NCBI RefSeq assembly: GCF_004010195.1
Contig: NC_057749.1
Coordinates: forward strand, 9,770,728 to 9,834,727
Reading direction: 5' to 3'
Length of the DNA stretch: 64,000 bases
Source: Chiloscyllium plagiosum
Lineage: Eukaryota
Positions 12,778 to 25,239 of this stretch are shown here, one piece after another. Every line of letters starts with the position of its first letter. The stretch's first letter is position 1. The notes beneath the pieces were generated by a model, which ran no database searches, was not told the origin of the DNA, and saw only the letters and a list, made by a program, of their open reading frames with translations. The translations under genes were made by a program, and so were the position numbers.

Positions 12778-13419
12778 TAAAAATCACACACCAGGTTAAA
12801 AGTATGCGTTTTCTGAGCATCGCTCCTTTGTCAGGTAGCTGGGTAGGGGTGGGGGGTGTGAGGGCTGGATACAAGATCAAAGTGCCATATAATTGATGCA
12901 ATTGCTGCTAAATCTTTAGTCACTGTGAATGGGGATGCAAGTTTCAATTGATTATTGTGTAAATCCCAGAACTGCTTTCAAGTCACAGACCTGAGATAAT
13001 TTAAGGTTTTATCAGATTATAAATGTGACATCTCAGCTCTGACAATGCATTAAAGGTGTGAGGTTAAGTCTGACTGTATCCTAACCTTGAGTCTGACTGG
13101 TTCTCTTTCCAAAGTAGGGATTTATAAAATGTCATATTGACTGCCTACAGATTTGTGTTTTTTGAACAAAATAGAATGTATCTGCAAATTCACCCCGTAG
13201 ACTGACTGACGTACGTGTGTGTGTGTATGAGAGAGAGAGAGAGAGAGAGAGAGTCTGTGATCTTGTACTATAAATTTTGAGTCCCATGATCCCGCCCCAC
13301 TAGCTTCCTGGTGAAGGTGTAGTGCTCCAAAAGCTTGTACTTTCAAATAAACTATGACCTGGTGTTGTGTGATTTTTAACTTTGTCCACCCCAGTCCAGC
13401 ACCGGCACCTCCACATCAT
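12778..13419. mobile_element. Penelope-like element remnant with inverted terminal arrangement
   Basis: Minus segment about 12778-13253 followed by a plus segment about 13254-13419; termini AAAATCACAC..ACCAGGT and ACCTGGTGTTGTGTGATTTT are inverted; same family as 41391-41559; both hammerhead-like cores are mutated. Confidence 0.75.
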
Positions 13420-13442
13420 AGCCGACTAGGCCATAGGGTAGC

Positions 13443-13584
13443 AGCAGAGGCAAACCACTATAAATGCCGGAGGAAACAACACAGAAGCGCTTCACAGGAG
13501 GCTCCCAAGCACTGAGGATGTCACCTAGACAGGGGACGAAACGTCTGCAACACAAATTCCCAGCTCAGCGAACAGAACCACAAC
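13443..13584 (+). mobile_element. Penelope-like terminal fragment of a second family
   Basis: TATAAAT (13459-65) followed by an intact hammerhead-like motif at 13509-13548; CpGs are retained, suggesting a young copy. Confidence 0.65.
13509..13548 (+). ncRNA. Minimal type I hammerhead ribozyme-like motif
   Basis: GCA-CUGAGGA-U-GUCACCU(AGAC)AGGGGAC-GAAA-CG-UC-UGC: stem I GCA/UGC, 6-of-7-bp stem II, palindromic ACGU at stem III, GUC triplet. Confidence 0.7.
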
Positions 13585-14292
13585 TGTAAGAGTAGAAAAA
13601 CACAATGCAAGTTGGGAGGGTAAGGAGGTTTTCCTTTCTCACTGATCAAATTAGTCAGATATGGATTCTTGTTTTTTTCCTTGTTTGTAAAAAGTCACTT
13701 TCTGGTATGAACCTGTTATTGATCGAATGGATATTACTATCTTTATAAGCCTCACACTTTGCATAACCAAAGTATGGAAGGGCTCAAGCATTTCATCCTC
13801 AAAAATGCTAAGTTGGTCAGTACTTTGTATATCTTGACAGTCTATTTCAAAAATGTGCTGTTTGTTTGGTGTGTTTATTAGTTGCACCTTTTACAAGTAA
13901 TCTCTGATTGTGATCCTTATTCTTTGTCCCACACGGACACCATCATACAGACCCAACAAATGCACTTTAATCTAACTTTATTAGCATGCTTCACCAACAA
14001 ATGTGTGTGCATAACATACTCATTTTCAGAGGCACAGGTGGGAGTATATGAGACTGTTACCAGAAGTATAATTATTGTGGTAAATGGCTTTTGTAATATT
14101 TTAACTCTTAAGATTGAGGTATCAGTGTGTTCTCAAAATGCTGAGAACTTTGTATTATCTTTCCAAGTTAAAGATACATTCTGTGTTGTGACTTTTAAGT
14201 TTTTTTAGAAAACAAATACTTCCAAATGGTTTGATTTGACACAAATGGATAGATGGATGTGTGTTTGGCAGCCAAGGGGTTTTTATGATGTA

Positions 14293-14819
14293 CTTTTCGG
14301 CCCCATGTCTCAAGAAGGATGTACTGGCCCTGGAGCATGTTCGAAGGAGGTGCAGGAGATTGGCCCCAGCAAAGCCAAGCTTAACATATGAGGAATGTTT
14401 GAGGATTCTGGGTCTGTACTCTATGGAGTTTAGAAGGATGAGCGGAGAATCTAATAGAAACTTACAGTATACAGAATGACCTGGACAGAATAGATGTTGG
14501 GAAGGTGTTTCATTTGGTAGGAGAGACTTCAGACCTGAGGGCATAGCCTTAGAGTAAAGGGAAGACCTTTTTAGAATGGAGATAAGGAGAAACTTCTTCG
14601 GCCAGAGAGTGGTGAATCTATAGAATTCATTGCCTCAGAAGGTTGTGGAGGCCAGGTCATTGAATATATTTAAGACAGAGATAGATGGGTTCTTTATTAT
14701 CAAGGGGATCAAGGGTTATGGGGAGAAAGCTAAAGAATCAGTTTCTCATGATTGAATGGTAGAGCAGACTCGATGGGCTGAATGGCCTGATTCCTGCTCC
14801 TGTGTCTTATGGTCTTATG
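14293..14819 (+). mobile_element. CR1 LINE 3' fragment
   Basis: Peptide APCLKKDVLALEHVRRR..LTYEECLRILGLYSMEFRRM; 3' UTR GGGCTGAATGGCCT...TCTTATGGTCTTATG. Confidence 0.9.
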
Positions 14820-15129
14820 ACATCATTCTTGAGCTATCACTTCTCATATTAACATTCAGGTTAACATGTAAAGGGATAATTTGTGACCATTGTTTGTCAG
14901 ATTCCCAAGTTTACTGCGGGAAATGCATAATTTAGAAATACAAAAAAGCTTGTGTTTCAGTGACCAAGATGGAGCAGTTTTGAGACCACATCTTTATTTT
15001 CTGAATCTCACCTGAATTCCAGTTCTCTTGTGGTGGTGTTATATTGGGCAAGATAGCTATTCCCCACAGGAATCCACTTGTAGGACAGCTTGAAGTAACA
15101 AAGTTAGCAGTTTGTGTATTGGGAAGTTA

Positions 15130-15850
15130 GTAGCGACAGGAATGAATAAGCATAGAAATTTTCTTTCACCTTTATTTAATAAGAATAAATCCACCTTTTC
15201 CAATCAATCCATGTTACTGAAACTTCTCTACTGGAATCATTTTCAGAACTCTTCTTCACCTTCTCTCAAGCCTTATCATCTTTCTAAGGTATCAGGTTCG
15301 TTATTGGACATACTGGTTTGCCCTGAGCTGGAGAACAAGTATTGTCATAAACATTCTTCATATGCTGCTTGTTTTTGTTCTCAATATCTCAGTTTATCAA
15401 GTCCTGGATTCCATTTGTTTTCCTACACCATTTCAACTTGCCTTGCCTCTATCAACAGTTTGTGAACATATGCCAGCAAGTCACTACGGTCCCTCTCAAA
15501 ATTGTTCCCTTTTATAACTGTCCTTTTCACCTTCCTACCAAAATGCGTCACTTCACACTTCTCTGCATTAAATTTAATCTCTCATAAATATGCCCTAGCT
15601 ACCAGTGCCTCTTCTCTTGAATCTACACTATACTGCATTTGACATATTTATCAAGTTTTGTGTCATTGCAGATTTTGGCATTGTGCATTTGGTATACCCA
15701 AATCCACGCCATGAATATAAATCAAGTAAAGTGGTGCTTAATAGCACTGATCCCTGAAGAACTCTGCTGTAAATCTTCTTTCAGTTTGTGAAACAACTCT
15801 TCACCATGAATGTTAACTATCACTTAGTCAATCTCCTATTCTTCTGCCAT
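15130..15850 (-). mobile_element. Highly decayed CR1 fragment
   Basis: Remnants such as ACTTCACACTTCTCTGCATTAAATTT (FNAEKCEV on -) and GTTTTGTGTCATTGCAGATT (FADDTK-like on -). Confidence 0.55.
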
Positions 15851-15904
15851 TTTTTTCTTCGCCTTCACCTTCACAACTGTTAAGTCTGTGTGCAGATTTT
15901 CAAT

Positions 15905-16200
15905 GATAAAGTGCATTCGTGCCTATTGGGTGTTCCAAAATGTTTCATAACCAATAGAAGTACTTTTCAAATGTTAATCAAAATGGAGATGAAAAAAAAA
16001 TCAGACAGCCACATTGCACAGTGCAAAGTCAACTAACAGCAGTGAGATGATCAGGTAATCGGATTTGGCACTCGGTCAAAGAATACACCCTGCTTTTTCT
16101 TTGAAAGATGTTGAGAGTTCCCCATCTATTAAGCCAGACAAGACCTCAGTTTAAAATCTTATTTAAAAGATGACATCTCTAACTGTGGAGTTCTGCTATG
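15905..16200 (-). mobile_element. Deu-domain SINE (SacSINE1/AmnSINE1-related), decayed
   Basis: Reverse complement follows Deu-domain order: GATGTCATCTTTT..ATAAGATTTTAAACTGAGG, AAAGCAGGG, TGCTGTT, TGTGCAATGTGGCTG, AAAAGTACTTC.ATTGG.T.TGAAACATTTTGG. Confidence 0.6.
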
Positions 16201-18469
16201 TGAAACTTATTTCAACCCAAGCCACGTTCAATCATTGTACCAACACACTGATTTGCAGATGGCTCAGCAGCACTTCATTTAAAAGTCTCACGTTTTGTCT
16301 GACTTTAGCCATCCCTCCTTGCATACCTCCCGAGAAGTTTGTGTTCTTCTGAATTTGACTTTTTGAGCATCCCAATTTCACTTGCCCCTCCAATTAATGG
16401 CCATATATTGAAGGTCATTGGCCCTTAGCACTACAATGCTCTCCATAAACTTTATCGTTACCTCTTTTCATGTAGTCCTGAAAACCACCATCTTTTGACT
16501 TGAGCTAACATCTTATTGTCTTGGTGTCATTGCTTAATGCAGAGGTTTTGCAGGGCTTTTTATTATGTTAGAAGCACATTTACAAATGTAGTTTGCTATT
16601 GAAGCACTGTCTCAATATTGTATTGAAACATTGGCCAAGTTTATACGCCGCTTTACAGAAGAACTCGAACCAATGGACTGACCAAAGTGAGATCTTTCAC
16701 AGACCAAAAGCTGATGCCTTTGGCTATGTTGTATTTGGTTTCCCAATTTTGAGATCTTCTACTTTTAAACCTGTGAGAAGAATACTCTTATTTTATGTAC
16801 TGATTAAAATAATGAGCTTCTGGAAAACATGAAAATTGCCATGACTTTAAAAGAGTAAGTGTTTGTTGTATTTTATTTCAGAATCAACAAAATGGGCGTG
16901 TTATATCATGCTTGGATAAGGAACTGATTAGCTGAGTCTGAAGTGGCATGAAATTGGATTTTAATGAAAACACTTTGGGATGAATTATCGTGTAATGACT
17001 GCAAATATGTTTTGTTTTCATTTAATGAAAAGATGGTATTTTCAATTGATCAGTTCCTACTTCTGTTGAGCAGTGAGGCATTCATAAATTCTATCCATCT
17101 TAGTGAAATAGATTTAGCTCATTATGATTTAGCAGTGACAGTAGAATCCTGAAACTAAATGCTTGGCCACCAAAGTGTGAAGTTTCCAAAAATCTGTGAC
17201 CAATGTGTAAGTTGTAGATATAAGATCCAGCCATTTTAGAGATAAAAGAAAATCACATATATAAACTGGCAAAGATACAGACATTGATTTTTCCGTCTTG
17301 CATATTTGAGAGGCAGGAACAAGATATTCATTGCATCTGTTTGATGACGTTAGGGAGAGGTATGATCCATTTTAGGTGTTTGTTGGAACTTATTTAGTTT
17401 CTATCAACTGCTGAAAAGACATTCACTGTCTAAACTCAGGGTCCAGAGAATCCAGCAGTCTTGCTACTTCATACTTGCTTGCTACCTCCCAAAAGGAAGG
17501 TCTGCTGTTCATTGGTGTATGAGAAATATGTCCCTTGAGCAATGGTCAGTTGGCAATCCTCATTGTGATAGTAACTGGATGCTGCTTCTAAGCTGTAAGT
17601 TGTCCAGGCAACAACTGCACTTTGTTCCTCCCATTAAACACAAAACTACAGAAGGGACCAGGTACAATGTGTTGGCTTGGTTTTGAAGCAAATCTGTCAG
17701 ACTCTCTTCCACAGTGAACTTTAACCAGTATTCTGCTTTATTGTGAAATCTTTTCCACCTGGATGTTCAATTTGTACTGTTCACAATAATGTTTGCTGTA
17801 CTTCAACTTTGTTTTAATTCTACTTGTTCATGTTGATAAAGCATCCATTTGGTGATGGTTTACACCTGAAGTAATCCCAATTTAGCCCAGATGGTATAGA
17901 ATCAGATACATCAACTCAGGGTCATGTGTTCAAATGTCTGATCAAGTGCTTTTTTTTTAAATATCCTCATGTCGTGGAACCCAATGTTACAATACAGGAA
18001 GGTTCACACTAATTTATTTTGTGTTCTTAGGGCGCAGTGCTAATTGCCCTACCTCTTGGTCAGAACAGGAGTTGAAATTTCATTTGCTGTAACACATCTG
18101 GGCTGGTTTATTAAAAGGATCTGTAACTGAGGTCAATTTGCCTAAAAAGTAAAGGTAAATAAGAATATCTTGGAATGAGAATTTAGGTTTGTTTTTATAT
18201 TTAAATTGACACTTTTGGAGTTATTTCAAAGATGGATATACAAGAGTACATGTTTGGAGGGAAATGAAACATAATATCTACTATTTAATTAGTGTTGAGA
18301 CTATGTCTATCTAACCAAGGTAATTTACTTGATGCAAGTTGAATTTAATTGTCATTCCTATGAAAATAAAATGTCTTTGACAGCAATAGTTTGTACCAAG
18401 ATGTCACTACCCATATTAGATTTGTAGAGGTATTTAAAATATCCTTGGAGCAAAGTGAGGACAATAGCA

Positions 18470-18590
18470 ATTTGATATTTTCCTCTGCAACCTATTCACA
18501 TATGTTATTCCACATCTCGGGGGCATATCGGACTTGGACCTGGACTTCCTGGTCCAGAAGTAGGGACACTACCCTAGCAGTTTTGGGGCT
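18470..18590 (-). mobile_element. Short tRNA-head SINE-like element
   Basis: Reverse complement GGTAGTGTCCCTACTTCTGGACCAGGAAGTCCAGGTCCAAGTCC matches the units at 62830-63065; a + copy lies at about 18030-18115. Confidence 0.6.
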
Positions 18591-19849
18591 ATGTGTAGCA
18601 TCCATTCTGTTGCTTTAATCTTGAGTGTGAGCTCAAGATTAAAGAACCAAGGATGAAGTTTGGATACAGATAAGCCAATTCCCTGAATGGCATAATGTAT
18701 TGAGGGTGCCTATTTCCGTCCGTATGTTTCAACACTTGTGCAACTTGCATTTCAAACGGTTTAATGAGCATAAGGCATCGATCATTGTTACTGGAAGCAG
18801 GTGTTTTCTGGATGGCTGGTGAATTGGAACGAGCACTTGGAGCAAGCAGTGCGTCCGATTCACATTGTAAACCTAAGTAACATCATTTCCTCCTGCTGTG
18901 TGGTTTGAAGAAATCACTAGCACATTTTATCTAGTTTCTTAGTCTGTCTTTTTTAAACAAATGACTTTATGTAGCCATGCTTCAAATTTTTGTGGTTTAT
19001 TAATGATGGCGTGCCCGTTTATGCGTGTTCTCACATGTACTGTTCTTAATAGATCGCACTCATCAGTATAATTGCAGCAAATTCTAGTTCAAATGAAGAT
19101 CATACCTGTTCAGAAATTTAAAATAAATTTAGTTTTATTAGAAAAACTGGAATACACTTTTACTGCTCTGCATTCCTTCCCTCTTTAACTAGCATTAACT
19201 TTGTAAAACTTGCATAGATGGTGGTAAGCAGGAGATAAATAAGTAAAATTTGGTTTCTTTCTGGAGTAAGTTGACTGTACAGTAGCAGGAAGTTCTTTCG
19301 AACTTTAGAGCCTTCAGTGAGCCGTGTGAATCTTGAAACAACAGTGTGTGGTTGAAGTGACTTCAGTCTAATCTATTTATAAATCTGCTGACTCTTACTT
19401 CCAAATTGGTCTGGGTTCCATTTTGGGCCTGAATTTGAGTTCTGACACTATTACAGTAAGCAAGTTAAGGAATGGCATAGTGTTGACATCCTGGGAAATA
19501 TTGAGATGATTTCACAAGTAGTGGTTTAAGGATGAAGGAAAGTTATTGCAGGTGGTATAAATTTTGAAGCTTGCTGGCACTCAGGAAGCAGAGAAGAACT
19601 GAATGGCACAATTCTGTAAAAAAATTTTTAAAGATTGAAACCAGGAAGTTTGAGGCAAAAATAATTGAAATGAGGAATTTCCACTTTTCTCCTGTAATCT
19701 GCAACATTTTGACATTGCTTTTTGTGTCAGCTGACCAGAACAGGACAGTAAAAGAGTGATCATAACTTATACGTGTCTGCCAAATTGAATGCTGACTCTT
19801 GGATTTTAGACAGTGAGATATTGTTAATTGTCACAACCTAGAAAATAGC

Positions 19850-20480
19850 AGGAACCAGCTGTTCAGCCCTTTGAGTTAGTTCCATCAAACATTCTGTCCA
19901 TGATTATCCAAGCCATCCTGCAATTGCTTTGCCCTCTTATCTTTTGATCCTTTTAGCCCCAAGTGTTGATTCTAATATCCTCTTGAAACCATACAATATT
20001 TTGGCCTTGGCAGCTTTCTGTGGCAATAGATTCACAGGCTCAACTCTTATGGGTGAAGGAATTTCTTCTTATTTCAGTCCCAAAGCATTTATCCTTTATT
20101 CTTAGATTATGACTCTTGGTTCTGGATTCCCCCACCATCAGGAACATCTTTCCTGTATCTATTCTGTCTTGTCCGGTTAGAATTTTATGGCTTTCTATGA
20201 GATTCCACCCCTGACCCCCATTCTCTGTACTCCAGTGCATATAGTCTGAATTAATTCAACCTCTCTCTGCACAGCTCCTGCCATCCTAAGAATCAGTCTG
20301 GTAAACCTTTGTTGTACTCCCTCTATCGCAAGAATGTCCTTCAGCAGATGGGACCAAAACTGTACACACTGTTCAAGGTATGATGTAACATTGGCCCTGT
20401 ATAATTACAGCAAGCCATCTGCTCTTGGATGTGAATCTTCTTGCTATGAAGACCAGCACACTGTTGGGATCATGAACAAT
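19850..20480 (-). mobile_element. CR1 LINE 3' fragment
   Basis: Peptide NLIESHKILTGQDRIDTGKMFLMVGESRTKSHNLRIK..F.TEIRRN.FT and VQFWS. Confidence 0.88.
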
Positions 20481-20934
20481 TTGTTGAATGGGTATCAAAT
20501 CACAGGGTACCAGATTTAGCTCGGGGTGAACTAAGTGAAATGCTGTATTATGAAGATATGAGGGGGGGAATGTAGAATTCAATATTTAATAGCTGTTTAC
20601 ATCAGAGGATTGTCAGTTATTGGTTTGAGTTGTTTGGATTCTCAAACCTAATTGCTTAATAGGTTAAAGTGGAATTCATATTCAACACAGCTGTATTCCT
20701 ATATCCCTCATAATGTTTTGAAGCCAGAAGGTGCTTCACAACAGCCTTATCAAGCAAGTAGAATTCTTAGAGTGTATTTGTTAGCACATTTTGTCTTGTG
20801 GCAAGAAGATTTGTAGTTTATTAGCAGCATTTCCACTTGAAATAATAAGGATTTAAGAATGACAGTGACTTCTACACAATCTGATATTACAAGAGATTAC
20901 AAGTTTCTATGGATGTTTCATCAATGTTAGGAAA

Positions 20935-21105
20935 AATTGAGGACTGCAGATGCTCAAGAGTCAGTCGAAAAGTGTGGCGCTGGAAAAGCACAACTGGTCA
21001 GGCAGCATCCGTCCTGATAAAGGGCTTATGCCCAAATGTCGAATCTGCTGCTCCTTGGATGCTGCCTGACCTGTTGTGCTTTTCCAGCACCATACTTTCG
21101 GATAC
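20935..21105. mobile_element. Penelope-like inverted terminal pair
   Basis: Arms 20967-21010 and 21057-21099 are inverted; between them is a decayed core CTGATAA-AGGGCTTATGCCC-AAATGTC; same family as 4338-4462. Confidence 0.78.
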
Positions 21106-23989
21106 TTAATCAATTTTCATGATTTTGAGAGAATTCGGTATTTGTTGAATGAATTGTTTGACATGTTTAAAAATCATCCTCTAAATTACTGGCCTTGTTT
21201 GAATCAAATTTAATATTTTCAGATGAGAATTTGTTTAATAATTCACAATGCTACTTCATATAGTATTAATTTTAACATGTTTCTTCATTTATTGCTCAAA
21301 TATATAGTGAACAATTTCTAAATATGGAAATCTAGTTGATGTACAGAAAACTGGGACAAAAGCAGTTTGTCAAGATAACTTACTGCTGATTCCATTTGGT
21401 TTTGACAATTGTGTCCTAAGCATTTGGGAAATAGTTTCTAATTGTTTTCATCTGTTCTCACTCCCCCAACCTTTAAAATTGATGCAGCATAGTTCCATGG
21501 TTCACTTAGACAACATATAATAGTGGATTGGTTTAATTATGAAGAAGGTTAATTTCCTATCCTGTAAGGCATGCAGATTGATTACTTTTAAGAGTTTATG
21601 CTCCTCATGCTTCTGCTGGTTGAGGGCAGGGGTCCACAGTGTACTCACTCTCTTTATTGAAGGGTTCAATGACACCTGAATACTTCTCAAAAAATAAAAA
21701 TTAACAAGCTATTAGAACTTTTCTAGTCTTGGTCAGTTGACGTTTTCCAAACTCTTTCAGCAAATGTGAAAATGTTTTGTGTTTTTGATGGTGACCACCA
21801 AGTGTAATATTGACCAGAGACATTGGTTTATTCAAGAAATTTCTTACTTGCACAAGTTCACAGGACCAAGTGTAATCTTATGCACATGTGCTGATAGGCT
21901 ATCAGAAACTGAGTATTTGGTGCTAATTTAAAAGAAGTTCTCAATACTAATTTTTCAGTTCCTCATTGTATATGTATTTTTAGTGACAACATGCAGCTGT
22001 ATCTTCTATTACATGGATGTGGACTATGTAATTTATTTATGCTTCAAATATATTTCAATAGTTGCTCAGTTTATGAATCATACTCAGTGTAGCATGCAGC
22101 CTAATTTTATTTGTAAATCAAGTATTAATAGCTTTAACATGAAGCATTTTAAATCCAAATCAGATTTTAACCAACAGATTGAGAAGCCATATTAACAGAG
22201 GCTGTTCATTTGGTTTGTAATCCTACAATTTCTTAATACTAAATTCATTTACCCTTTATGTTTGTTGTAAAAGACCCTATCATTCTTGTGTTTGCTATTG
22301 ACTTGAAAATGAGCCATTGGGATTGTTTGTTTACAATTAAATTGCTTTTCTCAGTAAATGAAATCACTTTACCCATGTAGTTATCTCAATTGAAGAGGAA
22401 GTGTACATATGAAGAGAACTTTAAATGGCAGTTTGTGTGAATTCATGGGGATTTGAACCTTAATTTTTAATTTCAATCTGCTTCTTTGTTAACAGTTTTC
22501 GCCTTTGCTACGAATAAGGCATAGATCATGAAATTTATTCTCTTAGACGGTTTTATTTTATCGTTATGCTTGGGTACTGTAACTGAATGCTGATCATTTG
22601 TCACTTATGAAATAGTCGAGCAGGCTCAAGGTACTAAGTGTCTTATTTCTGTTTTTTTTGTGTTCTTAATAGAGAAAATGAGTAAAATAATCTTTTATGT
22701 AAAAAATTATTCATGCTATTTGTGAATTTCAAACAGATTATTGACCATCTTTATTTTTTAAACTGTAGTTTGCTGGACTATTTCATAATGCAGTTAAGAA
22801 CCAGCAAAATTGCTCTCTGTTTGCAGACACTCAAACCAGATTAGGTGAGAATGGCAGATTTCATTCCCTAAAGAATATTAGTGAACTAGCTAGATTTTCA
22901 TGACAAGTTAGTAATTACATGGTCACTGTTCCTTGTACCGATGTTTTTTTGTTTCAAGTTTTATTTATTAGCTGTGTTTGAATCTTGTGTTCTGTGGTGG
23001 GATTTGTACTTATGCCTGTGTTATTTTGTTCGCCCTTGGGCCTGTGTTTTACCAATTCAGTAACAATAGCATATTCAACCCATGATTTAATGAGGGGGAC
23101 TGTGAGACTTGCAGTTATGCAAAGAAGAGGGAAGAGTAGCTGATGTGTAGGTATGTGTAGAATGAAATTGTAAAATTGCATGTCTTTGAATTCATTTACA
23201 TTATTGCATTATGGAGCAACCCATTTTCTCACCTATCCATCATCTCACCTATCCATGAGTCTAAAGCAACGTAGTTCCTTGAATGGGACTTGAGGCTTAA
23301 ACATTGTAAAAGCATGTTTTAGATATAGCATGTTTTTAAATAATTAATCCATTGATTAACTTTCCATGATGTACAGAATTAAAGGAATAAAATTGATCTA
23401 TCTTTTCCCTAACCCCCACCATAGCTGGTGAAGATTTATTAGATCTGCTCTGCACCTTTTCAGATGGGTCCAAAATTAGTCTACAGAATTGGATACTGTA
23501 CTGTGTGGAATAGTGATATACAAAATAGTAATCAATATTTGCTTGGGGGGAGGGGAAAACCTACTCTGAATGCCCCATGCCACTTAAGATACTCATGCAA
23601 TTAGTTGGGTCATTGGTCACATCGATGAAAGTATTCCCTGCTTCCGTCTATATTCTGTAATGTGTAGTACTTGCAATTTGCTGTTACGGCCCCTTTGAGT
23701 AAGATGATTCATGTGCACACTTTAATTTGCAGTTAGCTATGTAGTATAATGTGGAAGTAGAATGTTGTCAGTGCTGTGGGGAGGGAAGAAAATGTTGTTT
23801 CGCCATTACATTTTGCATTCAATTGCTGCTATACAACTATAAGTTAACGTGATTGGCTACCACTCAACAAACTGCTGAATTGCTAGCATTTCTTGCCAAA
23901 CTTTTATTTCAACAGTAAATGATTTTGAAGTTCGCTACTACACCTGCGTGATGCAAGTTTCAAATCAGCTTTAGGCAGATGGGAAAGCA

Positions 23990-24790
23990 CAAGAAAGGTT
24001 TGTCTATATTCAAGAACTATGTTGTCAGCTGATTGGTGGCATCTTGGTGATGGCAAGGTGTGCTCCAGAATCTGTCCTTTGCCTCTACGTGGCTGAGATG
24101 GTTAGATTCTCTTGTTTGAGATTCTCATTGCCTGGCACTGTCTAGGGTGAATGTGACTTGCCATTTTATCAGCACAAGCTTGGTGTTATTCTGGTCTTGC
24201 TGCATAAGGACATGAACTGCTTCAGTATGAGAGTATTGCCAAATAGTGCTAAACATTGTATAATCAGTTAACCGCCCTCATCTGATAATATGATGGAGTG
24301 AAGATTGTTGATGAAGCAGCTGATGATTGGGCCGGGGCGCCCAGAACTCCCGAGGAACTCCTGCAGAGATGTTCCTGCTGAGACGATGGACTACCAACCA
24401 TCATAAGTATCTTCCTTTGTGCTAGGTATGACTCCAAACAGCAGAGTTTTCCTCCTCTTTCCTGTTTGTCTTCAATTTCTTGATGGCATACTTGTCCAAG
24501 TGTCTTAATGTCAGAGGCAATCACTCTTGCCTCACTTATGCAATTCAGCACTTTTGTCCATGTTTGGACCATGTAATGAGGTCATCAGCTGAGTGGCCCT
24601 GACAGAACCCAAACTCAACTTGTCAATGAGCAAGATATTGCTGAACAAGTGCCACCTGATAGTACTGTTGAAGATGCCTTCTGTCCCTGTTGACAATTTA
24701 GGGATTCCAGGATTGAGAGTTGACTGTGGTGCTTGGCTGCTTCAGATTTGTCCTGCTTTTGTGAATGGGGACTTCTAATGGCGACTTTGG
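23990..24790 (-). mobile_element. CR1/L2-group LINE RT fragment (decayed)
   Basis: ORF 24264..24572 has RT-like LESYLAQRK..MMVG..SS...LG..; related to 32215-32760 and 33085-34230. Confidence 0.7.
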
Positions 24791-25239
24791 CTAACTGGAA
24801 GCAGAGACATATGGCTGAATGTTTGCTTTGCCATGATGTCCTGCTTTGAAACTATCACATGCTTTATAGAATTCATATCTATAACCATGTCGGAGTTTGG
24901 GCAACATGCAAATCGCAGGTGAAGCTCAAGGTTTTTTATCGAAGTCACTCGTTTGAACATTTTTCTCTGCCATTTTCATTATAGAATTTGCTGAATTCAG
25001 ATTAGAGATTTCCCAAATGATAAGGAATAATTTCCTCATTTTTCGAGTATTGAAGTTTCACCGATTTCAGTTGGTTTGAAATGGACAGAAATTTTAATAT
25101 TTGATGTGATGGCTATTTTGTCAGCGTTATTGTTGATGGTTTTAGTGAAGAAAATACTGTTGTGCAGTCATAATGACCTTGAATTACTTGGCAAAATATA
25201 CATAGTTATTTTTATTTAGAAGTTAATGTTCAACCGATG

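Noticed and set aside
23226..23256. Small tandem duplications (TCTCACCTATCCAT x2; also near 44359 and 49725)
   Set aside because: Ordinary slippage duplications with no further structure.
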